Assembly (NCBI GenBank): GCA_044347345.1
Contig: JBIKUX010000025.1
Coordinates: forward strand, 1-38,108
Direction: 5' to 3'
Source: Bdellovibrionota bacterium
GTDB taxonomy: Bacteria > Bdellovibrionota_C > UBA2361 > JBIKUX01
DNA length: 38,108 nucleotides
Made by a program: the position numbers and the translations under genes. Below the pieces are notes generated by a model. That model had not been told where the DNA came from, ran no database searches, and saw nothing but the letters and a program-made list of their open reading frames with translations. This document shows positions 28,289-37,722 of the stretch, piece by piece; the first letter of the stretch is position 1, and each line of letters begins with the position of its first letter.

Positions 28289-29464
28289 TTACGAATTTGC
28301 CGGACTTGGATTATACTCATTTTTTAGTGCTGGCTCACTGATAATTTTCACTAAAGAACCTGCTCTAAGCTTAAACGTTCCTGAGTTTACTACCTGAGCT
28401 CCTTCAGTCAAACCGCTAATAACTGCAACAAAGTCACCTCTTCTTCTACCAAGCTGAACAACTTGTTGCCGTAAAACAAAAGTATCTTTATCTCCGTTGT
28501 CTTTACCCTTATCAACTTCCTTTTCAACTACAAATACAGAATTACCATACGGAGCAAAATTAACCGAGGAAGAAGGGATTACTATAACGTCTTCTGACCG
28601 GCGTGATTCTGCTTTTATTCGAGCATACATTCCAGAGCGGAGATTTTTTTCAAGATTTTTAACTAACGCCCTTACTTTTACCTGACGGGTCTTTAAATCA
28701 AATTGATTATCAATAGCTACTATGGAAGCTGTAAATTCTTTAGATAAAATCCCGTCTACATCAAACTTTAAATTTGAGTGAATGGATACATCTCCTACTA
28801 GACTTTGCGGAAAAGCAAAATCAAGAAACAACTCTTCATAAGAGTCCAGTGAAACAATCTCAGTACCCATCGCTACAAATTGACCCATCTTAACATCACT
28901 TATTCCCAAATAACCGGAAAATGGAGCTCTAAGTTCTTTTCGAGCTATTTTTGCTGATATCTTATCTACCTCAGCTTGGCTTTTATTTGCTTCAGCATTA
29001 ACTGCCTCGTATTCAGCTCTTGAGTTAGCATGAACAGACTTTAGCGCAATTATTCGCTGTAAATTTGCTGTAGCAAGAACTGCACTAGCTTGAGCAGCGG
29101 CAAGTTCTGCTTTTTCTATATTTGCATCAAGTGATAATAGGAGAGAACCCTTCTCTACTCTTTGACCAGATACAAAATTAAGTTCTGTGACTATACCTGA
29201 CTCTTGAGCAACGAGTATGATGCCCTTTACCGAGTTTAAACTCCCAACTGTAGAGAAAGTAACAGGCCATGATTGCTTCTCCGCAACAGAAACCGTAACA
29301 GGCTCTACTAATACATCCTGGGTGACGTTAGCCCTGCTAATTTTTATAAACTTAGTTCCTATCAAAACGCCCAAGAGAATAATACTTACAGTCAATCCAA
29401 CGATAAACTGATAAAAAAAGGACTTTAGGATAGCTGGAGGTAATTCTTTCATACGATTATTCAT
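28289..29464 (-). CDS. RND efflux periplasmic adaptor (membrane fusion protein)
   Basis: N-terminal TM, GQRVEKGSLL lipoyl half, helical hairpin, LRAPFSG, LRSGMY, SGLTEGAQVV; adjacent to the permease. Confidence 0.93.
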   Translation of the reverse strand: MNNRMKELPPAILKSFFYQFIVGLTVSIILLGVLIGTKFIKISRANVTQDVLVEPVTVSVAEKQSWPVTFSTVGSLNSVKGIILVAQESGIVTELNFVSGQRVEKGSLLLSLDANIEKAELAAAQASAVLATANLQRIIALKSVHANSRAEYEAVNAEANKSQAEVDKISAKIARKELRAPFSGYLGISDVKMGQFVAMGTEIVSLDSYEELFLDFAFPQSLVGDVSIHSNLKFDVDGILSKEFTASIVAIDNQFDLKTRQVKVRALVKNLEKNLRSGMYARIKAESRRSEDVIVIPSSSVNFAPYGNSVFVVEKEVDKGKDNGDKDTFVLRQQVVQLGRRRGDFVAVISGLTEGAQVVNSGTFKLRAGSLVKIISEPALKNEYNPSPANS

Positions 29465-29588
29465 ATTTATTGCGCAGGGTCAGAGTAAATTACCATGATC
29501 AAGGTAAACAAATATAATCAAAGTAATTTAATATGTAGAGTATACTTTAAGTAATAATTCGGGTTTTCTAAAGCAGATATGCTTATCC

Positions 29589-31511
29589 TTAGAACTTATT
29601 AATAAGCTCACGCCAAAAATAAAGTGGCGCAAAAATAGCAAAAATAATATACGTTAGCACGATATATTGATGGAGTATATTAGACTTAGCGAAGCGAGCA
29701 TTTGCCATGCGGATTGAACGCTTAACAGATCGCGCTGATAGATTAAGTCTGCGAGATAAATTAAATCTTTTTTCATTTTGCAAGTACCTTTTATTTAATT
29801 CAAAGGTATCTCCCTCATCATCCTCCTCACTTTCTTCATCATTCCAATCATGACGCTCATCTGTTTGCTGTGGCTCAATAAGAATATCATCTGAATTTTT
29901 CTCAGAAATTTTTGTTTGTAATTGAAAACTTATAATCTCTTCGGTTTGTTTAAGACTTAATAGGTTTTTATCGTCGCTACTAGATGTGTCAACAGAAAGT
30001 ACCTGAAATCTTTGGAACTCCTCAGTACGGAGTAATTTTTCATTTGAAACAAAACTATGAATAATTTTTTCTGGCTTGTCATTTATCTCATTGAGATTAG
30101 AAATATTTGAGGTTACTTCTAAATCTGTAACCGAATCATAATCAAAGTCAGCTCTTTTATTGGCTAATTCTTCTTCTCTATCAATTACCTGTTTAATTTC
30201 GTTTTCATAGTCACTATCAGAAGAATACTCATTATCACTATCACTAGTTGTTAGTTCTTTTTCCTCCTCTATACTTTGTTTAGAGATCACTTTTTGAAAT
30301 GACTCAGCATCATTCTCCTCAAATTGTCTGATATCATGAGCATGATGTGCTTCTATTATATCTTCTTCACAGATATTAGGGTCAGAATTAAGTATTTCAT
30401 TGGAAGAAAGCAAAGTATCAGCTATTGTACTACTAACTTCTTCTTCTTCTCTCTGCTCACTAAAATCTGGAAGGTTTATCTCAAAATTTGTATTATTTTC
30501 AACGGCAAAATTAGCTAATTTATTACTACTTTCCTCTTTATCAAAACCTACTAGCTGATCAATCTCCTCTTGATCAGGTGGATCTATAAATAATAAATTA
30601 TCGTTTACTTTAGAATTGCTACTTAACTTTTTAAAATCATCACTACTCGTGATAATAGTTGAGTCCTTTATTTCCTCTAATTCATCTTGAGTACTGATTT
30701 GCAAACTTGGCTCTAATTCATCACTAATAGCCAAAAAAGGCGAAGTTAAATCATTATCTTCTTCTTCTTCTTCTGGAAACTCCGATAGGGAAGGAGGTGC
30801 TATATCTTCTCCAAGATCCTTAGGGCTAATAGATTCTATAAATCCTTCTGATATGAGGGATAATAAGGCCTCACGAAAACCAAATTGACTCATGAGTGAT
30901 GCCCGCTTTAGCCCCTCAACGATACTTGGTACATCAAGTAAGCCGTACAATATCGACTCACCACCAAGAAGAGCTCCCGGTTTGATGTTAGTACGACGCA
31001 CTACATAATCTAGGGGAAAAAGCTCATTAAAACGAGATTCATCAGCTTCAAATGAAACCAAATCAATTAGTAATTGACCTACAGAGAGAGCTGGCGAAAA
31101 GTCTCTGTCAAAGGAAGGTACTTCAGAACGAAATTCGTAGTAACCTCCCGCTTTAAAATTGATATTAAAAAGCACATTTAAAACGCGCTCTCGCACCATC
31201 TCCTTAAAGTCATTTGCTGGCATAAAGCCTGGAAATTGACTTACAAGATTTTCATACAGTTCTTTTGGAAGTGATAATTCATCATAAGCCACCTCTGAGC
31301 CAAGAATTTCTCCATCTATCAACCAATCCATAAGAGCTTTGGCCGTAGGCTCTTGGCCCTTCAAAGCATCTACAACTTTACCATTATAGAAAGCGATTCT
31401 TATTACTTCGCCGTTTATTGTCAGATCCAGAGTACCGCTTCGCCTCTTATTAGAAATAAAGCGAAAAACATCACCATAATTTTCGCCATTAAAAATACCT
31501 GTAGAATTCAC
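29589..31511 (-). CDS. DUF4388/PATAN-like domain protein with long acidic region and C-terminal membrane anchor
   Basis: The N-terminus DVFRFISNKRRSGTLDL...IAFYNGKVV...GYYEF...LLIDL fits DUF4388. A long D/E/S-rich middle is followed by a basic patch and the hydrophobic YIVLTYIIFAIFAPLYFW. Confidence 0.75.
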   Translation of the reverse strand: MNSTGIFNGENYGDVFRFISNKRRSGTLDLTINGEVIRIAFYNGKVVDALKGQEPTAKALMDWLIDGEILGSEVAYDELSLPKELYENLVSQFPGFMPANDFKEMVRERVLNVLFNINFKAGGYYEFRSEVPSFDRDFSPALSVGQLLIDLVSFEADESRFNELFPLDYVVRRTNIKPGALLGGESILYGLLDVPSIVEGLKRASLMSQFGFREALLSLISEGFIESISPKDLGEDIAPPSLSEFPEEEEEDNDLTSPFLAISDELEPSLQISTQDELEEIKDSTIITSSDDFKKLSSNSKVNDNLLFIDPPDQEEIDQLVGFDKEESSNKLANFAVENNTNFEINLPDFSEQREEEEVSSTIADTLLSSNEILNSDPNICEEDIIEAHHAHDIRQFEENDAESFQKVISKQSIEEEKELTTSDSDNEYSSDSDYENEIKQVIDREEELANKRADFDYDSVTDLEVTSNISNLNEINDKPEKIIHSFVSNEKLLRTEEFQRFQVLSVDTSSSDDKNLLSLKQTEEIISFQLQTKISEKNSDDILIEPQQTDERHDWNDEESEEDDEGDTFELNKRYLQNEKRFNLSRRLNLSARSVKRSIRMANARFAKSNILHQYIVLTYIIFAIFAPLYFWRELINKF

Positions 31512-31513
31512 GG

Positions 31514-33229
31514 CTATTCCTCTCCTCTTTCAATCATAAAGAAGAAATGACCAGCGGCGACTAAAAAAAGGATCACAGCATATATTACTTGAGTCACTGG
31601 AAATGGAGACAAAAACATCTCTAACTCTGATGGCCAAGATAAAAGAGGTAATAAACAAAAGATAAAGGTGAACGTTACAGGTATTCCAAATATTGGATAT
31701 CCATTCAATGTCCAACAAGCACCAGGAACGCTCGCAGAAACAATACTCACTACATGTCCAATAATTCCCTCTAAAGAGTCTCGCTTGTTGCGTACCTCAG
31801 CAAAAAAAGTAAAACGCACTGCACCAAATGCCGTCAGTAATAGTCCAACTAAGAACATAATTTCAGAATTTCCTGTGAGCCAAATCTGCTGAAAAAAATT
31901 AGTAATCTTGTTAGTTTTAACATTTACGGGGAATCCCGAGTAAGCAAGTATTAAAGATGTGGGAAGATTTATCACTCCAAAACTCTTCTGAGAGTGGATT
32001 TTTTCACGATCAAGAAGAGATTCAACTAAGAGGGGATTAATTTTTCTAGCCTCAACCAAAATTTTAATAGCTTCTTCTTTATCAAACTGATCAAATTTTA
32101 TTTTGTAAAGATTAAATAAAAAATCTGCTGAATTTAATCCGGCATCTCGGGCTTGATTATGTAAGTTGTTAGCTTCATCTATATTACCACGCAAAAATGC
32201 TATCAGACCTCGGACAGCAGTGCTCCATGGATTGACCCCAAGTCGGTGCTCAAAAACATCCAGTTCTGACTCCGCCGCTTCAAGCTTACCAGAATTCAAC
32301 AACAATTGAGCATTAGCATAACGAAAGATAGGATTATTTGGCTGATCACGAACAAGTGACTCAATACGACTACAATCATTAGGATTAAAGGAACCAGAAA
32401 GCACCCGGAGAACACTAATAGTACCATCTTTAGCGAGCCATTCCGTAATATGCTCTCTTAGAGGCATAGCCTTAGCCCAACCACAGATTGTTAAACCTGC
32501 CAAAATTGGAATAGCAGAGCGCCGTTTTAAAAATATGACGGCAACAAATCCCCATACTGATAAACAGGTCAAAGGAGGTAAAAACAAAGCTCCGATGGTA
32601 AGCGCACTAGCAAGTATTGGAGCTAGAGCACCTCGAATATAAGCCGGAACCCACTTTGCTATTCCGTCAATTATCTGCGGAAACCACTTAGCAATAGAAA
32701 GTACAAATACAACATAGGTTGTAATAGTTAGAGCCCAAAGAAACGGATAAATGAGTGTTTTTATCATCCGAAGTGAAACCTCGGTATGATAAAAGACCAC
32801 ATTAATAATTCTATTAAAGTCAAAGTTATTAAGACGAATACCCGCAGATAACATAATAGGAATTGAAGCTCCCTCTATACTAGGAGAAGCAGGAGAAAGG
32901 TCGACAGCGTATTGTAAATACTGAGCAGCTTTGTCTCTATCTGCTCTTTCTAAAGCCTGTTTTGCTTCGTAAATTAGGTACAAAGAATACTCCTCAAGAC
33001 TCTGAAGATTAGCTTGATCTCGTAAAAGTATTAGTGATTCTACCAGCTCACCAGTCTTAATTAAGTTATTTTGACCGATCGCTTTGATAGTCAAGAGCCA
33101 AGTATTTTTTATGACTTCCGGAAGCCGATCATCTTGAGATAACGCCCTGCTATCAGCGTAGCTGTTATTATAATTACAGATAGACAGTAACCCAAAAAAA
33201 ATAATAAAAGGTATAAAAAAACGTACCAT
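31514..33229 (-). CDS. Multi-pass membrane protein with TPR-like repeats
   Basis: Signal-like N-terminus, TPR-like helices (AAQYLQYAVDLSP; YANAQLLLNSGKLEAA; ARKINP), two clusters of TM segments; ends 2 bp before the DUF4388 gene. Confidence 0.75.
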   Translation of the reverse strand: MVRFFIPFIIFFGLLSICNYNNSYADSRALSQDDRLPEVIKNTWLLTIKAIGQNNLIKTGELVESLILLRDQANLQSLEEYSLYLIYEAKQALERADRDKAAQYLQYAVDLSPASPSIEGASIPIMLSAGIRLNNFDFNRIINVVFYHTEVSLRMIKTLIYPFLWALTITTYVVFVLSIAKWFPQIIDGIAKWVPAYIRGALAPILASALTIGALFLPPLTCLSVWGFVAVIFLKRRSAIPILAGLTICGWAKAMPLREHITEWLAKDGTISVLRVLSGSFNPNDCSRIESLVRDQPNNPIFRYANAQLLLNSGKLEAAESELDVFEHRLGVNPWSTAVRGLIAFLRGNIDEANNLHNQARDAGLNSADFLFNLYKIKFDQFDKEEAIKILVEARKINPLLVESLLDREKIHSQKSFGVINLPTSLILAYSGFPVNVKTNKITNFFQQIWLTGNSEIMFLVGLLLTAFGAVRFTFFAEVRNKRDSLEGIIGHVVSIVSASVPGACWTLNGYPIFGIPVTFTFIFCLLPLLSWPSELEMFLSPFPVTQVIYAVILFLVAAGHFFFMIERGEE

Positions 33230-33305
33230 TAGAGTTTAGTGACTAGAGAAGTTGGTAACAAATCAAAAGTAGTTGTTTAAAAAAATTAGATTAAAATACC
33301 TTGTT

Positions 33306-33333
33306 TTATCGGTCGATTTATCAAACTACTTAG
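33306..33333 (-). promoter_or_regulatory. Candidate sigma28 (FliA) promoter
   Basis: The minus strand reads CTAAG-N15-ACCGATAA against the consensus TAAA-N15-GCCGATAA (3/4 and 7/8 matches, exact spacing), about 77 bp upstream of ATG 33229. Confidence 0.5.
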
Positions 33334-33344
33334 AAAGATGTTCC

Positions 33345-34202
33345 TTATTCAAATAGCGATTCTGCACCCTTCTCAACGTTGCTTGTAACTACTTTTGTTT
33401 TACTAAAAGCGCCTATCCGAGCCTCAAAGGGAGATAAAAGATACTGGCTCAAAATACGAAAATACTCCTGCTCAGCTGGTGAAAATCCGTTTGCCCTCTT
33501 AAAAGCGGTATGAAGCATAAAAACTGTATAAGCACCAACATCAGAGACAACTTGAGCCTCACCCTTTTCGTTAACAACAGAATGAGCAAATTGGTAACCG
33601 GCTTCAGCTTTGTTATTTATAACAGTATTGTTAATTTGATCTTGATTAAAATTATCTTCATTTACTTTAGCCACTAAACCTCGACGATAAGGTCTTGTAG
33701 ATATTTCAAGTTCAGTAAAAAGTTCACTTAGAAGATGAATGGTGATAAGAGATGGGGCGTTAGCCCTAGCAGGAGATAAATTAGCCGCTCCTTCTGTAAC
33801 AGAATTATGTTTTATACTTTTTCCTTTAGTATTCTCTTTTTGAACTAAACTTTGCTTACTTGCTCTACAAGCAACACTCAAAGACTTAAAAAAATTCCTA
33901 CACCATTCACAAGCATTTATTTGAGCCTTATCTCCCTGTTTTTTTGCTGTCAAAAGCTGTTCACTTATTTCCTTAGAGATTCTAAACACAACCTCTGAAC
34001 GACCATCATCTCTGAGTGCTTTACAAACTTCTTTGGCCTTCCCAACGGAAAACTGCGGCGGATCCATTAAACGAGGAGTAGCTAAAAATAATATAAAATT
34101 ACTGTTTGGCACTAAACTAAGCCAAACACCAATAAGAGCTAATAGACTTTTTAAGACTACCCTTCTAAAGATTGGGTGGTTATCTTTTTGTAAAATTGAC
34201 AC
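33345..34202 (-). CDS. Hypothetical membrane-anchored or exported helical protein
   Basis: 285-aa ORF co-oriented after dut; N-terminal hydrophobic segment; four Cys including CEWC. Confidence 0.6.
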   Translation of the reverse strand: MSILQKDNHPIFRRVVLKSLLALIGVWLSLVPNSNFILFLATPRLMDPPQFSVGKAKEVCKALRDDGRSEVVFRISKEISEQLLTAKKQGDKAQINACEWCRNFFKSLSVACRASKQSLVQKENTKGKSIKHNSVTEGAANLSPARANAPSLITIHLLSELFTELEISTRPYRRGLVAKVNEDNFNQDQINNTVINNKAEAGYQFAHSVVNEKGEAQVVSDVGAYTVFMLHTAFKRANGFSPAEQEYFRILSQYLLSPFEARIGAFSKTKVVTSNVEKGAESLFE

Positions 34203-34249
34203 TGTCTCTAAAATGAAACCTACCCTCTATCCCAGTCCAAGAAAGCTAA

Positions 34250-34684
34250 CTAGCTACCCGTGGAGCCAAAGCCTCCACTACCTCGCTCAGTTTCACCTAA
34301 CTCACCTGCAGTAAGGCATTCCTGCAACACTCCCTTAAGATGAGGAACCACCACCATCTGCGCAATCCTATCTCCCTCTCTGATCGAAAAAGAACTTGGA
34401 GAATGATTCCGCAGCAAAACTATCACTTCACCGCGATAAGATGAATCAATAACTCCACCGTGTGTGTACACTTGTTTCGATGCCAAACTACTACGATCAG
34501 AGATCAATCCGACCCAACCATCTGGTATAGCCAAATGGAGACCTGTGGATACACCGATCTGCACACCAGATTCGAGCGTAAAAGATATACAAGACATAAT
34601 ATCAAAGCCGGCGTCACCGCTTCGCGGTGAGCAGAATTGAACCCCACTTTTACGAGCCTTATCAGATAAGAAAAACCGAATCAT
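34250..34684 (-). CDS. dut: dUTP diphosphatase (trimeric dUTPase)
   Basis: AGFDI, DRSSLA, GVIDSSYRGE, GDRIAQ, RGSGGFGSTG. Confidence 0.96.
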   Translation of the reverse strand: MIRFFLSDKARKSGVQFCSPRSGDAGFDIMSCISFTLESGVQIGVSTGLHLAIPDGWVGLISDRSSLASKQVYTHGGVIDSSYRGEVIVLLRNHSPSSFSIREGDRIAQMVVVPHLKGVLQECLTAGELGETERGSGGFGSTGS

Positions 34685-34709
34685 AAAAAAAGCTAAAAGC
34701 CACTATCTA

Positions 34710-36893
34710 CTAAAGTCCTTGTTTTTCAACCTCAACTAAAGCTTCTTTGCGTGACAGGCGAATTTTGCCAGTAGGACGATCAATTTCAAGCACCTTAACC
34801 CAGATTGATTCTCCCTCTTGAATAACATCCGAGACCCGATTAACTCGCCCTTCCTCAAGCTGAGAGATGTGAACCAAACCCTCCGTCCCCGGGATAATCT
34901 CTACAAAAGCTCCGAAATCAACTATTCTCTTTACTACTCCACGATAAAGCTTACCTACCTCAGCCTCTTTGGTAAGATTTTCTATAATACTCCGAGCTTC
35001 ATTTATGCCAGTTTCACTACTACTAGCGATTCTAACAATTCCATCATCACCAATATCTATTTTAACTCCACAAGATTCAGTAATTGAACGAATAGTTTTA
35101 CCACCAGGTCCAATAACCTCTCTAATTTTATCTACGGGAATTCGTATTGTTTCTATTCTTGGAGCATATTTGCTTAAGCTAGAGCGTGGGACATTAACTA
35201 CCTCACTCATCTTAGCAAGAATATGCAATCTAGCTGTTTTTGCTTGATTAAGCGCAACTTCTACTACGGCTTTAGCAAGCCCTTTTATTTTAATATCCAT
35301 CTGCAATGCGGTAATGCCCAAAGATGTTCCGCATACCTTAAAATCCATATCACCTAAATGATCTTCGTCTCCGAGTATGTCAGTAAGAACAACGAATTCA
35401 TCACTACCACGTACCATCAGTCCCATAGCAACACCAGCTACCGGTGCTTTAATAGGGACGCCTGCATCCATTAAAGCAAGAGATGCCCCACAAACAGTCG
35501 CCATAGAGGAAGACCCGTTACTCTCGGTAATTTCAGATACAACTCTAATAACATAAGGAAACTCCTTAGCAGACGGGATTACAGCTTTGATAGCTCGCTC
35601 TGCTAAAGCGCCGTGCCCAATCTCACGCCGCCCTGGGCCACGTAGTGGCTTAACCTCGCCAACTGAATACCCGGGAAAATTGTAATGAAGAAGAAAAGTT
35701 TTTTCTGTCTCGCCGACAAGATTATCAAGCTTTTGAGCTTCCTGTTCTGTGCCTAATGTTGTAACAACAATTGCCTGAGTCTCACCCCGAGTAAACAGCG
35801 AAGAACCATGAGTTCTTGGTAAAAATCCAAGCTCAATACTAATCGGGCGAACGGTAGTAAAGTCGCGCCCATCTAACCTGAGCTTCTTATCGAAAGCCAA
35901 AGAACGGACAGATTCAAAAACCTCATCCTCAAAGATTTTATTAAAGACCTTTAATGCGACGTCCTGGTTTAAGGAAACACTTTGGTCTAATAGAGCGTCT
36001 TTATTACTTCCGTCTATATTTGCTAATGATTCAAAAAACTTGGTCTGTGCAGTTTCTCTCACTGCACGAATAGAATCTCGGCGAGCCGCTTTTTCAGATA
36101 CTTGTACCGCTCTGCCAAGCTCAGATCTAATTGACCTCCTTAATGATTCAACGACTCCCTCCGAAATTCCAGACTTAGCTGAAATACTGTCAACAATGGA
36201 AGGAACAACAAATGTTGTTTTCCTTGTATTACACTGCACAGCTAACTCATTTTGCATTTCAATAAGGGGCTGCATCTCCTTATGAGCAAAAAACAAGGCT
36301 TCAACAACCTCATCTTCAGAAACTTGGTCAGCTCCTCCCTCCACCATTACAATAGCGTCCTTAGATCCAGCTACAATAAATGATAAGTCTGCTCCGTTAG
36401 CTTCTGATGTACTCGGATTTATCACTAACCGCCCCTTGACTCGAGCCACTCGGACACCAGCGACAGGACCTTCAAAAGGAACGTCAGCGATACTTAAAGC
36501 TGATGACGCACCCAAAAGTGCCAGCATATCAGGGTCATGCTCGCCATCAGCTGACAATACAGTAGCTACAACTTGAATTTCTCTTCCGTAACCTTCAGGG
36601 AAAAGTGGCCTACACGGTCTATCGATTAGCCGAGATACCAATATTTCTCGCTCACTTAGCTTGCCCTCTCTTTTAAAAAAACCTCCTGGGATTTTTCCAC
36701 CCGCATAAGTCTTTTCTATATAGTCGATAGTAAGGGGCAAAAAATCTCCGCCTTTATCCTCTCCAACACACGCAGAAACTAAGACAACAGTTTCACCACA
36801 TCTAACGAGGGCAGAGCCTTGCGCCTGCTTCGCAATTCGCCCTGTTTCGATATAATAGGACTTACCGTTTATTGTCCGCTCAACTATATGCAT
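34710..36893 (-). CDS. pnp: Polyribonucleotide nucleotidyltransferase (PNPase)
   Basis: DFLPLT, GGFFKREG, RLIDRP, FTRGETQ, RREIGHG, ESNGSSSMA, EDHLGDMDFK, KH motif IGPGGK, S1 motif FGAFVE. Confidence 0.98.
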   Translation of the reverse strand: MHIVERTINGKSYYIETGRIAKQAQGSALVRCGETVVLVSACVGEDKGGDFLPLTIDYIEKTYAGGKIPGGFFKREGKLSEREILVSRLIDRPCRPLFPEGYGREIQVVATVLSADGEHDPDMLALLGASSALSIADVPFEGPVAGVRVARVKGRLVINPSTSEANGADLSFIVAGSKDAIVMVEGGADQVSEDEVVEALFFAHKEMQPLIEMQNELAVQCNTRKTTFVVPSIVDSISAKSGISEGVVESLRRSIRSELGRAVQVSEKAARRDSIRAVRETAQTKFFESLANIDGSNKDALLDQSVSLNQDVALKVFNKIFEDEVFESVRSLAFDKKLRLDGRDFTTVRPISIELGFLPRTHGSSLFTRGETQAIVVTTLGTEQEAQKLDNLVGETEKTFLLHYNFPGYSVGEVKPLRGPGRREIGHGALAERAIKAVIPSAKEFPYVIRVVSEITESNGSSSMATVCGASLALMDAGVPIKAPVAGVAMGLMVRGSDEFVVLTDILGDEDHLGDMDFKVCGTSLGITALQMDIKIKGLAKAVVEVALNQAKTARLHILAKMSEVVNVPRSSLSKYAPRIETIRIPVDKIREVIGPGGKTIRSITESCGVKIDIGDDGIVRIASSSETGINEARSIIENLTKEAEVGKLYRGVVKRIVDFGAFVEIIPGTEGLVHISQLEEGRVNRVSDVIQEGESIWVKVLEIDRPTGKIRLSRKEALVEVEKQGL

Positions 36894-37186
36894 AAGTTCT
36901 CTTAGTTTTTCTGTTTATATCATTATGGAGGAGTCATAATTCAGCACCTAAAAAGTAATTACAAGAGCTGAACTAGTAAATGTGCGGTGGCTCTTATCTT
37001 TTCTAACCATTAATAATTGCTTCTTGCATACACATATGCACCATGCTCATAAAAATTTAAAATAGCATGGAAGCTAAACTTAGGTATTACCAAGCCTTTT
37101 AAGAGGTTTTTTCAAAATATAACAGATACCAGCTAAGCTATATTAGTTTTTTTGCCCGCTGGTTTCTTAATCCGATAACTCTTTAA

Positions 37187-37507
37187 TTACTTTCTAAGCC
37201 CTAGGGAGCCAATCAGGGCTTTGTACTGACCTGGGTTTGTTTTACGCAAATAAGCTAGTAGACCTTTGCGCTCTGATATTAAACGCATCATACCGCGCCG
37301 AGAAGAATTATCTTTGTGATTTTTAGCGAAATGTACCTTTAACTGCTCTATTCTTTGAGTCAATAATGCTACTTGAACAGTACACGAGCCAACATCAGCT
37401 TCGTGATTTCTGTATTTCTCAATTACTTCGTTTTTTGAACATTGATTAATCGGAACTACTAACGACTGAAAATCTACTACTGCCGTTTTTCCTTTTTTAG
37501 AATTCAT
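37187..37507 (-). CDS. rpsO: 30S ribosomal protein S15 with N-terminal extension
   Basis: GSCTVQVALLTQRI, HKDNSSRRG, LLAYL, LGLRK; directly upstream of pnp. Confidence 0.93.
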   Translation of the reverse strand: MNSKKGKTAVVDFQSLVVPINQCSKNEVIEKYRNHEADVGSCTVQVALLTQRIEQLKVHFAKNHKDNSSRRGMMRLISERKGLLAYLRKTNPGQYKALIGSLGLRK

Positions 37508-37722
37508 ATTACACTTCTATCTTAACAAACCGTAACGCAAACACTATAAATATTTGCTTCCTATATCTTATAACCTCACCGTAATGTCAAACTAATTCTT
37601 CTAGGCTACTAACTTGAGTCCTATTAAATTAACCCTCAGGCAAATAACTTGAACAGCAGGCATATAGCTTAAATCTTTACAAAAACTAAAGTTAACGTAA
37701 TGAATTTAATAGTTTAGTAATA

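Noticed and set aside
1446-36285. Numerous short ORFs antisense to or overlapping conserved genes (e.g. 2369-2623, 3428-3796, 8792-9187, 10993-11382, 12315-12503, 18080-18391, 31530-31718, 34969-35247)
   Set aside because: Shadow frames of well-supported genes, with no motifs of their own.
37560-37590. TTGACA upstream of rpsO as a sigma70 promoter
   Set aside because: The best -10 candidates lie at 12, 14 or 19 nt, so the spacing does not support a call.
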